Assembly (NCBI RefSeq): GCF_002945325.1
Contig: NZ_CP026606.1
Coordinates: forward strand, 1,140,001 to 1,172,000
Reading direction: 5' to 3'
From: Methanococcus maripaludis
Lineage (GTDB): Archaea; AGJL01; Methanococci; Methanococcales; Methanococcaceae
Length of the DNA: 32,000 bases
This document shows, one piece after another, positions 20,643 through 30,115 of this stretch; the first letter of the stretch is position 1, and every line of letters starts with the position of its first letter. The position numbers and the translations under genes are program-made. The notes beneath the pieces were generated by a model. That model was not told the origin of the DNA, made no database searches, and was given only the letters and a program-made list of their open reading frames with translations.

Positions 20643-22265
20643 TTGAGCGACTATTCAGAATTTATACGTTGTATCATTTCTAATCTTTTAGTTGAAAAGG
20701 AAAAAATAAAAGATCTGGATCCAAAGAGGAAAAAACAAAAAGTGGAGGATATCAAGGCAAGATGTCTTCGTAAATTCGATTTAAACGTGGGATTTCCTCC
20801 AAATTCAGATATTATCAGTCAAGCTTCAGAAGAAGAAAAAAAGGAATTACTTCCACTTTTGAGAAAAAAACCAATAAGAACACTCTCAGGCGTTGCGGTT
20901 GTTGCAGTAATGACTTCCCCTGAACCATGTCCGCATGGAAAATGTTCATTCTGTCCCGGTGGAAAAGAAAGTAATTTTGGAGATGTTCCGCAAAGTTATA
21001 CTGGAAAAGAACCTGCGACAATGCGGGGAGTAATGTATAATTTTGATCCATACGTTCAAACAAGTGAAAGGCTTTCACAACTTGAAAAAGTGGGTCACCC
21101 AACAGACAAGGTAGAATTGATAATAATGGGCGGAACTTTTCCAGCAAGAGACATTGAATATCAAGAAAACTTCATAAAAAGATGTCTTGATGCAATGAAT
21201 GGCGAAGTTTCAGAAACACTTCAAAAAGCACAGGAAAAAAACGAAACTGCAAAGCACAGGTGTGTTGCACTTACTGTTGAAACAAGGCCTGATTATTGCA
21301 ATGAAAAAGAAATAAATGAAATGTTAAAATTAGGAACTACGAGAGTTGAACTTGGAATTCAAAGTACAAACGATGAAGTTTTAGAGTTTGTAAAAAGAGG
21401 ACACGGAACTGATGCGTCAATTAAAGCAACACAGCTTTTAAAGGACAGCGGATTGAAAGTTTCATACCACTTAATTCCTGGACTTCCAAAAACAACTCCA
21501 GAAATGGATAAAGAAACAATTAAAACAGTATTTGAAAATCCAAACTTCAAACCTGATTTGATTAAATTTTACCCCTGCCTTGTTATTCCTGGAACAGAAG
21601 TCTATGAATTATGGCAAAGTGGAGAATTTAACCCAATGACTGATGAAACGGCAGTAGAAGTTATCACCTATGGAAAATCAATCATGCCAAAATGGGTCAG
21701 GACTTCAAGAATTCAAAGAGATATTCCTGTAACCGTAATTGATGCGGGAGTTAAGAAAAGTAACCTTGGAGAACTCGTTTACAATAATTTGGAAGAAGAA
21801 GGAATAAAATGTAAATGTATAAGGTGCAGGGAAGTAGGCCACGTTACATACAAAAAAGGAATAAAACCGGATTTAGAAAGTATCAAATTATGCAGGGAAG
21901 ATTACGAAGCAAGTGGTGGAAAAGAGATATTTTTATCATTTGAAGATACTAAAAATGATCTTTTGATAGGTTATTTAAGACTTAGAATACCAAATAATCC
22001 ATTTAGAAAAGAAATAACCGATAAATCTGCACTTATAAGGCAGGTTCATGTTTGTGGACAGCAGAAAGAACTTGAAGGTAGCTCAAAAGAACTTTCGTGG
22101 CAGCACAAAGGCTACGGCAGACTTTTAATTGACGAAGCTGAGAAAATCGCAAGAGAGTTCAATAAAGATCAAATATTAATCAATAGCGGAATAGGTGTTC
22201 GAGAATACTATAAAAAACTTGGATACAAAAGAGTCGGTCCGTATATGGGTAAAATTCTTAAATAA
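20643..22265 (+). CDS. elp3: Elp3-family radical SAM / GNAT acetyltransferase (tRNA U34 modification)
   Basis: Radical-SAM cluster region CPHGKCSFCPGG. C-terminal GNAT motif QHKGYGRLLIDEAEKIA. TTG start with GGTGAT 3 nt upstream. Confidence 0.88.
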   Translation: MSDYSEFIRCIISNLLVEKEKIKDLDPKRKKQKVEDIKARCLRKFDLNVGFPPNSDIISQASEEEKKELLPLLRKKPIRTLSGVAVVAVMTSPEPCPHGKCSFCPGGKESNFGDVPQSYTGKEPATMRGVMYNFDPYVQTSERLSQLEKVGHPTDKVELIIMGGTFPARDIEYQENFIKRCLDAMNGEVSETLQKAQEKNETAKHRCVALTVETRPDYCNEKEINEMLKLGTTRVELGIQSTNDEVLEFVKRGHGTDASIKATQLLKDSGLKVSYHLIPGLPKTTPEMDKETIKTVFENPNFKPDLIKFYPCLVIPGTEVYELWQSGEFNPMTDETAVEVITYGKSIMPKWVRTSRIQRDIPVTVIDAGVKKSNLGELVYNNLEEEGIKCKCIRCREVGHVTYKKGIKPDLESIKLCREDYEASGGKEIFLSFEDTKNDLLIGYLRLRIPNNPFRKEITDKSALIRQVHVCGQQKELEGSSKELSWQHKGYGRLLIDEAEKIAREFNKDQILINSGIGVREYYKKLGYKRVGPYMGKILK

Positions 22266-22280
22266 TTTTTCTTTTTTAAA

Positions 22281-22436
22281 TTAGTGTAAGAATAGAGATG
22301 CAATAACTACTACGTTGAAAGCGTAAGCTGCGTATTTTATGGCATTGTTTCCGCGGTATGGTCTTTTAAGGTCGTTTGAAATTTCATCGATTTCATTGAA
22401 GTCTAATTCTTGGGTTTTAACTTTTGTATTTATCAT
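22281..22436 (-). CDS. Candidate small protein (51 aa) with C-terminal hydrophobic segment; below the ORF-track length cutoff
   Basis: ATG at 22436 is preceded by AGGTGAAATT (SD). A TATATATA box at 22476..22483 lies about 40 nt upstream. The translation is MINTKVKTQELDFNEIDEISNDLKRPYRGNNAIKYAAYAFNVVVIASLFLH. It fills an otherwise empty gap of about 350 bp. Confidence 0.5.
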   Translation of the reverse strand: MINTKVKTQELDFNEIDEISNDLKRPYRGNNAIKYAAYAFNVVVIASLFLH

Positions 22437-22475
22437 AATTTCACCTGTTGTTAGCTATTACTATGAAATACTCCC

Positions 22476-22483
22476 TATATATA
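22476..22483 (-). promoter_or_regulatory. TATA box candidate for the small ORF 22281..22436
   Basis: TATATATA is about 40 nt upstream of the ATG and about 30 nt upstream of the AGGTGA SD. Confidence 0.45.
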
Positions 22484-22621
22484 GCTATTTGCTCATTATA
22501 AATCGTGATAGATGTTTTTAATTAAAAATAATGACAGATTATCCGTCTTTATTATAATTATCGATAATGATAAATACAAAAAAACTGATTTATATTTAAA
22601 GAAAAATTAAGAGATTAAAAA

Positions 22622-23356
22622 ATGTTTAGTTTAAAAATGAGAGCTTCAAGCAATGGAAATCACGTTTCAGGGGCTGAAAGGTTAGTTAATGAAGAAAAAA
22701 TTGAAGAAATTTCTTCAGAATTGATAAAACGTGCAATGAATCACGAAAATGGGGTTCCCGATTTTATAAATTTGAAAGTGGAAAAAGTCACTGAAAAGAT
22801 AAATTACATTGAGCACCTCAAAATAAAAACGGTTAATTCAAACTCAAAAGAAAAGTCTAGAGAATTTGCAAGAGATATCTTGAAAAAAGAGTTAGAAAAA
22901 TATTTTTTGAAGAATGAAAAAGATACTGAAAAAATTGATGAATTGATTGACTCTGCATTTAAAATAATTGATGCAGGAAATATGCGGGGAGCCGCAATTT
23001 TAGATTTAGATGGAAACCGGCTTGAAAAAAGTTCAGATCGAGGAATTAGGGTAAGAAATATTGATACAGCTGAAGAATTATCTAAAAAAATTTTAAAAGA
23101 TGATTCGTTAACCGAAAGAACTGTTGATGCAATTGCAATTGCAACAAAAGTTGTAAACTGTGACATTATTGCAGAACTCTGTACCTCTGATAACTTTTCT
23201 TATACAACAGGTTACGTTGCAACTAAGGAAGGATACTTTAGAATATTAAATCTTAAAGATAGCGGCCAGGTTGGGGGACGGGTATTCTTTGCTGAAAATT
23301 CTGATATCGATGAACTCTACGATAAACTTGAAAATATGCCCGTGATTGTTTATTAG
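22622..23356 (+). CDS. bioW: 6-carboxyhexanoate--CoA ligase (pimeloyl-CoA synthetase)
   Basis: The N-terminus [20 protein letters not shown] matches the conserved BioW start (..RMRAS.NG.H.SG.ERL). Followed directly by bioF. Confidence 0.85.
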   Translation: MFSLKMRASSNGNHVSGAERLVNEEKIEEISSELIKRAMNHENGVPDFINLKVEKVTEKINYIEHLKIKTVNSNSKEKSREFARDILKKELEKYFLKNEKDTEKIDELIDSAFKIIDAGNMRGAAILDLDGNRLEKSSDRGIRVRNIDTAEELSKKILKDDSLTERTVDAIAIATKVVNCDIIAELCTSDNFSYTTGYVATKEGYFRILNLKDSGQVGGRVFFAENSDIDELYDKLENMPVIVY

Positions 23357-23364
23357 GTGTTTTT

Positions 23365-24477
23365 ATGTTTAGGGAAAACTTAAAAAAAGAGCTTGATTTG
23401 ATAAAAAATCAAAATCTATATCGAAAATTAAAATTAGAAGATAATATTCGTTTAAACTTTTCTAAAAACGATTATTTGGGACTTTCAAAAAACAATGAAG
23501 TAATTAACGCATACAATGATGGACTGAACTATGGGGCCGGTGCAACTGGCTCAAGGCTTACTTCTGGAAACATAAACCACGAAGAACTTGAAGAAACAAT
23601 TTCTGAATTTAAGAAAACTGAAAAATCATTAGTTTATTCTTCAGGATATGGTACAAATTTAGGTGTTATAAGTTCGCTCTGTAAAAAAGGAGATTTGGTA
23701 TTAAGCGATGAATTAAACCATGCATCCATAGTTGATGGAATAAGACTTTCAAGATCTGACAAAAAAATTTACTCCCACAATAACATGCAGGAGTTAATAG
23801 AAATTTTAGAAAATAGCAGAAATTACGAAAATAAATTTATTGTATCTGATGCAGTTTTCAGCATGGATGGAGATATTGCGCCAGTAGACGAATTAAAAAA
23901 AATAGCGGATGAATATAACGCGGTATTAATACTTGATGATGCACATGGAACAGGTGTTTTAGGAAATGGAAAAGGAACACTTCACCATTTTAAAATAAAA
24001 CCAACGGACAATATTATTCAAATTGGAACCCTTTCAAAAGCAGTCGGAACGGTCGGCGGATTTGTATGTGGAATCGAAGAATTAATCGATTATTTAATAA
24101 ACACATCCCGAAGTTTTATTTATTCAACGGCTCTTCCTCCTGCAGTAATTTCTGCAAGTATTAAATCCTTTGAATTAATTAAATCTGGTGAATTAACTGC
24201 CAAATTATCCAAAAATATCAATACTGCAAATAAAATTTTCAAATCATCAGGGTTTATCGAAGAAGAAAAGATTACTCCGATATATCCGTTTATATTTGGT
24301 AAAGACTCGATAAAAATTTCAGAAGAACTTTTAAAATACAAAATATTCTGTGTTGGGATTCGCTACCCCACAGTTAAAAGAGGTTTTGAAAGAATACGGC
24401 TGAGTATAACCGCAGAAAATAAAAAGGAAGATTTTGAATATTTGTGTGAATGTATTTCAAAAATAAAAAATGGGTGA
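23365..24477 (+). CDS. bioF: 8-amino-7-oxononanoate synthase
   Basis: Class-II aminotransferase/AONS features: YLGLS, SGYGTNLG, DDAHGTGVLG and GTLSKA (PLP lysine). SD GGTG upstream. 8 nt after bioW. Confidence 0.9.
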   Translation: MFRENLKKELDLIKNQNLYRKLKLEDNIRLNFSKNDYLGLSKNNEVINAYNDGLNYGAGATGSRLTSGNINHEELEETISEFKKTEKSLVYSSGYGTNLGVISSLCKKGDLVLSDELNHASIVDGIRLSRSDKKIYSHNNMQELIEILENSRNYENKFIVSDAVFSMDGDIAPVDELKKIADEYNAVLILDDAHGTGVLGNGKGTLHHFKIKPTDNIIQIGTLSKAVGTVGGFVCGIEELIDYLINTSRSFIYSTALPPAVISASIKSFELIKSGELTAKLSKNINTANKIFKSSGFIEEEKITPIYPFIFGKDSIKISEELLKYKIFCVGIRYPTVKRGFERIRLSITAENKKEDFEYLCECISKIKNG

Positions 24478-24482
24478 TTTAA

Positions 24483-25112
<630 letters not shown>

Positions 25113-25123
25113 ATTCAAAATAA

Positions 25124-25420
25124 TTATTTTTTTAAACTTTCTAAATTTTTTCTTATTTCGCAAATTTTGTTAAGTAGTAATTCTCTATCTTTTTTGGAAA
25201 TTTCTTTTTTAAAAAGTTCAAATACCAGTTTTTCTTTTTGAATGTCGATTAAATTTAGAATTAAATCAATTTCAAAATCTGTTTTAGTTTCTTCAATTAT
25301 TTTTTGCCATTTTTCTCCAATTTCATCAATTTTAGATTCGATTTCTATCTTTTCAGTTCCTTTAATTATGGTTAACTGTTTTTTAAGGTAATTTACGTTA
25401 CATTTTTTATTGATCATCAT
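25124..25420 (-). CDS. Hypothetical coiled-coil protein
   Basis: 98-aa K/E/I/L-rich ORF with no recognised family. A TATA-like box lies about 35 nt upstream. Confidence 0.45.
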   Translation of the reverse strand: MMINKKCNVNYLKKQLTIIKGTEKIEIESKIDEIGEKWQKIIEETKTDFEIDLILNLIDIQKEKLVFELFKKEISKKDRELLLNKICEIRKNLESLKK

Positions 25421-25447
25421 TTTAAAACCAGCAACATGATATATGGG

Positions 25448-25460
25448 TATATATAATTAT
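25448..25460. promoter_or_regulatory. Symmetric TATA element between divergent genes
   Basis: gtatatataatta. About 35 nt from ATG 25420 (-) and about 50 nt from the SD-supported TTG 25509 (+). Confidence 0.35.
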
Positions 25461-25508
25461 TATCAAGATTACACAAAAGTTATATTTATTGGGTTGCCCG
25501 GTGATACT

Positions 25509-26444
25509 TTGGATAGTACATTAATTGCAGGCGCTTTTTACAGCTCTTTTTTGTATACTGTGAGGATTTCTGTAGTTGTACTGTTAACCATTTACATTGT
25601 AAATTATTTTGTGAATCGGGGGCTTTTGGAAAAAATTTCAAATTATGCATCCCCAGTAACCAAAAAACTTAATTTAAACAGCTTTTTAGTTTCATCAATA
25701 CTCGTTTCCTTTTTCAGCCCCACTGTTGGTTACACCATGCTTGCAGATGGGATAACTGAAAAAGAATTAACACAAACAGAAGTTTTGGCAGGAACATTGG
25801 CAAATTCGTTTCCTGCAGTACTCTCACACGTTTTAACGTATTATATTCCTGTAGTAATACCAATTTTAGGGTATACTGGAATAATTTATGTAATTTTAAG
25901 GCTTTCGATTGCATTTACAAAAAGTATATTGGGATTATTCATTTTATTAATAATTTCAAGAAAAAATATTGGAAAAATAAAAAGCCGTGGAAGTAAAATA
26001 AATAATAAAATTAGTCCTTTTGAAAAGACATTTAAATTTGCAAGAAGATTTGTTCCGATAATGTTTATTTCAATGTTTTTGGTACTTTACTTGTCAAAAA
26101 TAGGATTTTTCGATGTTTTTTCCACAATTGTAATGCCTGTAACGAATATTTTTAATTTAAATCCAAATACTGGAATTTTGGCAATAACAGAGATAATAAA
26201 TGTTTCAGCTGCAATGGTGATGGCAGGAACATTCTTAAATGAAGCCTCATTAACTCAAAATGAAGTTTTAATTGGCCTTATATTTGGAAATATTGTGGCA
26301 TTTTCTACAAGATCGGTAAAACATTCGATTCCACTTCATTTTTCATTATTTGGTTCTAAAATGGGTACAAAAGTAATAATTTTAAATTCAGGAGTTACAA
26401 TAATTTTAGATATCCTGATAATAGGTTTTTTAATTATGATTTAG
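25509..26444 (+). CDS. Polytopic membrane protein (nucleoside-recognition/Gate-domain-like, tentative)
   Basis: About 8 hydrophobic segments. The track ORF starts at ATG 25443, only 22 bp from the divergent gene's ATG. The in-frame TTG 25509 has GGTGAT 3 nt upstream and a TATATATA box about 50 nt upstream, so it is the preferred start. Confidence 0.6.
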   Translation: MDSTLIAGAFYSSFLYTVRISVVVLLTIYIVNYFVNRGLLEKISNYASPVTKKLNLNSFLVSSILVSFFSPTVGYTMLADGITEKELTQTEVLAGTLANSFPAVLSHVLTYYIPVVIPILGYTGIIYVILRLSIAFTKSILGLFILLIISRKNIGKIKSRGSKINNKISPFEKTFKFARRFVPIMFISMFLVLYLSKIGFFDVFSTIVMPVTNIFNLNPNTGILAITEIINVSAAMVMAGTFLNEASLTQNEVLIGLIFGNIVAFSTRSVKHSIPLHFSLFGSKMGTKVIILNSGVTIILDILIIGFLIMI

Positions 26445-26452
26445 GTGTTTTT

Positions 26453-27208
26453 ATGAATTTAGCGGATTTTAAGTATATCGACTCACACTGTCATGTTGAA
26501 GATAAATCGCTCAATAAATATCGTGAAGATATCGTAAATAGGGCGTTTGACAAAAAAGTGCAGATGGTAACAAGCGGTACAAATTTAGGTAGCTGCAGGA
26601 GAGCAGTTGAATTAAAAGAGAAATATGGAATTTACGTAACTTTAGGATATCACCCTGGAAGAGTTAATGCGGATGATAATGCAATTGAAAAAGTTTATAA
26701 TTTTATTCAGTCAAAAGAAAAAGAAATTTTAGCAGTTGGGGAAATTGGGCTTGATTTTGATGCAGAAAATATTGAAAGGCAGGAAAATATATTTAAAAAG
26801 TTCATAAAACTTGCAGAAGAAGTAAATAAGCCTGTAGTAATTCATGCAAGGGGCATGGAAGAGCGTTCTTACGAGATTTTAAAGAATGACGTGATTTCAA
26901 TGTATCACTGCTACAGCGGTTCGCTAGAACTTGCAAAAGAACTAATCGAAAACGGTAATTTTATTTCATATTCTACACTGGTATGCTTTTCAGAACACCA
27001 CAAAAATCTCGTTAAAAATCTAGGTCTCGAAAATGTCGTTGTTGAAACAGATAGTCCCTACCTTTCGCCTATAAAAGGTGAGAAAAACGAGCCAAAAAAT
27101 GTAATAAAAGTTATTGAAACGATATGGGAATTAAAAAAGGATGAATACGCTTTAGATGAAATCACTAAAATTATATACAATAACACAAAGAGGTTATATC
27201 GTATCTGA
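26453..27208 (+). CDS. tatD: TatD-family metal-dependent hydrolase/DNase
   Basis: IDSHCHV metal-binding start. GEIGLDF, VIHAR, ETDSPYL motifs. 8 nt after the membrane-protein gene. Confidence 0.88.
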   Translation: MNLADFKYIDSHCHVEDKSLNKYREDIVNRAFDKKVQMVTSGTNLGSCRRAVELKEKYGIYVTLGYHPGRVNADDNAIEKVYNFIQSKEKEILAVGEIGLDFDAENIERQENIFKKFIKLAEEVNKPVVIHARGMEERSYEILKNDVISMYHCYSGSLELAKELIENGNFISYSTLVCFSEHHKNLVKNLGLENVVVETDSPYLSPIKGEKNEPKNVIKVIETIWELKKDEYALDEITKIIYNNTKRLYRI

Positions 27209-27215
27209 GGGTGAT

Positions 27216-27527
27216 ATGATGGTAAAATTTACTGCAAAATTGATATCGATTATAACCGTGGAAGAAGCACTGAATTCCGAAGTTTCGGGAACTGTTCGTG
27301 TTAGGGCTTCTCATGATGATAGGGAACTTGACCCAAATCAAAATGTGGCAATACTTAATATTGAAGGAACTACCAGTTACCAAGCTTACTTTGTAGATCC
27401 TGATACTGACATTGAGAAGATAAAGGCAGATCTGGAAAAATACGGTGCAGTATTGAACCACAATTCAGAAGAAATAATTAAAAAATATGTAGAGAGGATG
27501 AATAATGAAGGATGCCAAGGGGATTGA
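27216..27527 (+). CDS. Hypothetical protein (103 aa)
   Basis: ATG-ATG at 27216 is preceded by GAGGGTGAT. The track ORF start at 27156 lies inside tatD. No family recognised. Confidence 0.5.
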   Translation: MMVKFTAKLISIITVEEALNSEVSGTVRVRASHDDRELDPNQNVAILNIEGTTSYQAYFVDPDTDIEKIKADLEKYGAVLNHNSEEIIKKYVERMNNEGCQGD

Positions 27528-28038
27528 TAAACAATGGGTAATACTAAACGAACTGGCATCAAAGATTTCTAAAGTTCGGCCACTTCCTGAGGATGTTTAT
27601 TCAAAACTCAGGATTGCAAACAACATCATTACTTACTATTTACTTGATGAACACGCAGATTTTGAAGTTTTAAGGGATGCTGAAAAAGAAATTTCTAAAA
27701 TACAAGTAATACTGTTTGGATTAGCTGATCCTGGTACTTCAAAAGAATATCTGATCAAAATGGGTCAGGCATTACGAAATGAAATTAATCTTGAATTCCC
27801 ACTGAAACAGACTTCATTTAATACTGAAGTTAAACGAAAAAAGGGTTCTGAGACAATAAGAATAACTATGCCAGTAGAAGTTCAAATAGAGGTTCTTGGT
27901 GAACTCAGTGAACATAACGGAGTAATATTTGAATTAAGTCAGGATGATGAACAAAAAATCCTTGTAGAAGGGGTAAAAGAGCGAATAACTTCTGCATTAA
28001 AAGATTTTTCAGTAATCTGGAAATTTCAGGATAACTAA
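27505..28038 (+). CDS. Conserved hypothetical protein (177 aa)
   Basis: ATG 27505 is preceded by GAGAGGATG and overlaps the previous ORF by 23 nt. Followed by strong T7-A-T8 terminator tracts. No catalytic motif recognised. Confidence 0.55.
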   Translation: MKDAKGIDKQWVILNELASKISKVRPLPEDVYSKLRIANNIITYYLLDEHADFEVLRDAEKEISKIQVILFGLADPGTSKEYLIKMGQALRNEINLEFPLKQTSFNTEVKRKKGSETIRITMPVEVQIEVLGELSEHNGVIFELSQDDEQKILVEGVKERITSALKDFSVIWKFQDN

Positions 28039-28039
28039 C

Positions 28040-28055
28040 TTTTTTTATTTTTTTT
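28040..28055 (+). terminator. Archaeal oligo-T terminator (T7-A-T8) after the tatD-containing operon
   Basis: tttttttatttttttt begins 2 nt after the TAA stop at 28036..28038. Confidence 0.7.
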
Positions 28056-28099
28056 ATATGTTATAACTCATAAATTTAAATTTATAAATATTATTTTCT

Positions 28100-28140
28100 A
28101 AAAATAAAAGAAGAAACAAATTAATTAAATTAATTTGTTT
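28100..28140 (-). terminator. Putative mtr operon terminator: 27-nt perfect palindrome over the mtrH stop, followed by a T-rich tract
   Basis: 28114..28140, aaacaaattaatt-a-aattaatttgttt, has 13-bp arms. In mRNA sense it is followed by cttcttttattttt. Confidence 0.5.
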
Positions 28141-29084
28141 AATGGGTGTTCTGCAACAGGCACTGTTCCCATTTCTTTTGCTGTTTCTGCGATGATCATA
28201 TCGGTCATTGCAACTGCAGGGAATGCAAGTTCAGCATTGTCGATTGGACCGTATAAAACGTAGTCACCTGACGTCATTGTCTGTACAATGTTTGCACCAA
28301 TGTCACATACGTGGTGTACGTCTTTTGCGATCTGATCTTTTCCTTCTTCTCTTAATCCTTTTCTGAATTCTCTAAGCCAGTCCCATGCGGAAGGTACGTT
28401 GTGAATACCGCTACCTACTGGTAAACCGAGTTTTGCTTTAACTGCGAAAGCAGCTCTAACAGCGTGACCTGCACCGTTACCCATTGGGGTTACTGCAACG
28501 TCGATGAGTGGGTATTTAATACCTGCTTTTTCTGCAAGTTCTAACATACCGATGTCTTTTGTTTTACCACCATCGTTTAATACGTTTAACTTACCTCCAA
28601 CGGATGGGTCCATTGGGTCGAAACATAAAACGATTGAAGCTTCAACATCACTGTTTGTTAAGTTTTCAATTTCTTCGTCTTCTGCAGCAACGTTGATTGA
28701 GTTGTAGATACACTGGTTTGCGTATCCTGCTTCTGTAGCTCTGTTTGCAGCAGCCATTCTTGCTTTACCGGATGTTGAGTCGAGTAACATTGGACCCTCC
28801 CATACTTCGGAAACAAAATCAATGTAGTTAACTAAAGCTTCTTCAGTACCACCGAAAACTTGCACGAATGCTGAATTTCCTGTGATGTCTTGCATTTCAG
28901 CTTGTTTGTTGATTAAAGCTTCAGCAGCTTTTTTATCGAAGATACCTTTTTTAGCATCTTCTACAATTTTGTGTCTTGAATAGAAAATTGTACCTGATAA
29001 TGCGGTTGGGTATTCTCCTGGTTGTCCACCGAATTTTGCACCAGCGAACTCAATGACCATTTGTTCTTTGTCAAATCTAAACAT
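28125..29084 (-). CDS. mtrH: Tetrahydromethanopterin S-methyltransferase subunit H
   Basis: MFRFDKEQMVIEFAGAKFGGQPGEYPT.. is the canonical MtrH N-terminus. 319 aa. Last gene of the mtr gene order. SD GAGGTGG upstream. Confidence 0.95.
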   Translation of the reverse strand: MFRFDKEQMVIEFAGAKFGGQPGEYPTALSGTIFYSRHKIVEDAKKGIFDKKAAEALINKQAEMQDITGNSAFVQVFGGTEEALVNYIDFVSEVWEGPMLLDSTSGKARMAAANRATEAGYANQCIYNSINVAAEDEEIENLTNSDVEASIVLCFDPMDPSVGGKLNVLNDGGKTKDIGMLELAEKAGIKYPLIDVAVTPMGNGAGHAVRAAFAVKAKLGLPVGSGIHNVPSAWDWLREFRKGLREEGKDQIAKDVHHVCDIGANIVQTMTSGDYVLYGPIDNAELAFPAVAMTDMIIAETAKEMGTVPVAEHPLNKLI

Positions 29085-29108
29085 TATTCCACCTCTGTTT
29101 AGGCTCTC

Positions 29109-29333
29109 TTATTTTATTAAGTCAAATAATGGTAAAACGGTTCCTAGAACATATACAAATATAAATCCTATTGCGAGTCCGTATGCAATACCTACGTCTC
29201 TTCCTGCCTTTTTACCGGTTCTCTGGATTATTTCAGCGTTGGTATTTTCAACGGTGTTTTCGATTTCATCGAGTTTTGCTTGAAGTCTTTTGTAGTCTTT
29301 TGTTGGTGTGACTACTGTTGGAATTTCAGACAT
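29109..29333 (-). CDS. mtrG: Tetrahydromethanopterin S-methyltransferase subunit G
   Basis: 74 aa with an N-terminal helical part plus one C-terminal TM helix (GIAYGLAIGFIFVYVLG). Sits between the F-type gene and mtrH. Confidence 0.88.
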   Translation of the reverse strand: MSEIPTVVTPTKDYKRLQAKLDEIENTVENTNAEIIQRTGKKAGRDVGIAYGLAIGFIFVYVLGTVLPLFDLIK

Positions 29334-29337
29334 TTAC

Positions 29338-30099
29338 TCACCCCATTAAGAATTTTAAAGCTATTGGGATTGCAACTAATGCGACAGCAAATACTGAACC
29401 GTACATTAATCCTGTAACGGTTTCAGTTTGAACACCGGAAGCTAATCCAATGTCTCTTGTCATCAATCCTACTTTGTAATCCAATGCTTCATTTAATGAT
29501 TTCATTGATTCAATGTCTGGCTCTGCTACAGTAGGGATACCTTCAATCATGAGGCCTCCTTCTTCCTCACCAGCAGCAGCTGCGCCACCTTCTAATTCAA
29601 TAACCATAGGATCTTCTTCAAATGCTCCTGGGTCTTTTGAGATACAGTTTTTGATTGCATCTGAAATTTTTCCAGTGTCTTCAACATCGATTAAATCAAT
29701 GCATTCAACGATTTGGCTTTGAAGTCTTCCAACTGGTTCTGTTCCTACATTTTCCATGAAAGGAATAGCTCCTTTAGCTCCGATGATACCACCATCGTCA
29801 CCAATTCCGTTTTCATATAATGCTTTGATACATTGTCCAGTAATGTGTCCTTGAACTTCTGATCCAGTAATTACCATAAATCTAATGTTCGGGTTTGAAA
29901 TGTAGTTTGCAACAACTTTTTCAATTCCTAAGTTTTCTGTGTGGCATGGTCCTGAAATAGCTGCACCAGCGTCAATTGCAGCCTGGTCCAAACCGTGGGA
30001 ACCGAGTGTAACTACTGCAACACAGCTTTCAGGGTTACCCACTACGTATTCACCGTTAGCAACAGGCCATCCTGCTGCGGGGGCTTTTTTATCTGCCAT
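29338..30099 (-). CDS. mtrF: MtrA-domain::MtrF fusion (second corrinoid-domain copy fused to subunit F)
   Basis: Residues up to ..GGAAAAGEE are identical to the upstream mtrA. The tail ..[44 protein letters not shown] resembles MtrF (..Y...L.GRD..L..G plus one TM helix). ATG 30099 is preceded by AGGAGGTG. The track start 30108 is a GTG inside the SD. Confidence 0.8.
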   Translation of the reverse strand: MADKKAPAAGWPVANGEYVVGNPESCVAVVTLGSHGLDQAAIDAGAAISGPCHTENLGIEKVVANYISNPNIRFMVITGSEVQGHITGQCIKALYENGIGDDGGIIGAKGAIPFMENVGTEPVGRLQSQIVECIDLIDVEDTGKISDAIKNCISKDPGAFEEDPMVIELEGGAAAAGEEEGGLMIEGIPTVAEPDIESMKSLNEALDYKVGLMTRDIGLASGVQTETVTGLMYGSVFAVALVAIPIALKFLMG

Positions 30100-30113
30100 T
30101 GTCTGCACCTCCT
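29563..30113 (-). repeat. Direct repeat copy 2 (551 bp) of the mtrA 5' region including its SD
   Basis: Aligned by eye to 30299..30849 at offset 736. Only two mismatches seen (29566 c vs 30302 t; 30079 g vs 30815 t), both synonymous. Confidence 0.95.
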
Positions 30114-30115
30114 CC

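Noticed and set aside
22339-22521. Plus-strand 60-aa ORF listed by the track in the elp3-bioW gap.
   Set aside because: It has no SD or TATA context. It overlaps the better-supported minus-strand 51-codon ORF and that ORF's promoter. The translation looks like AT-rich noise.
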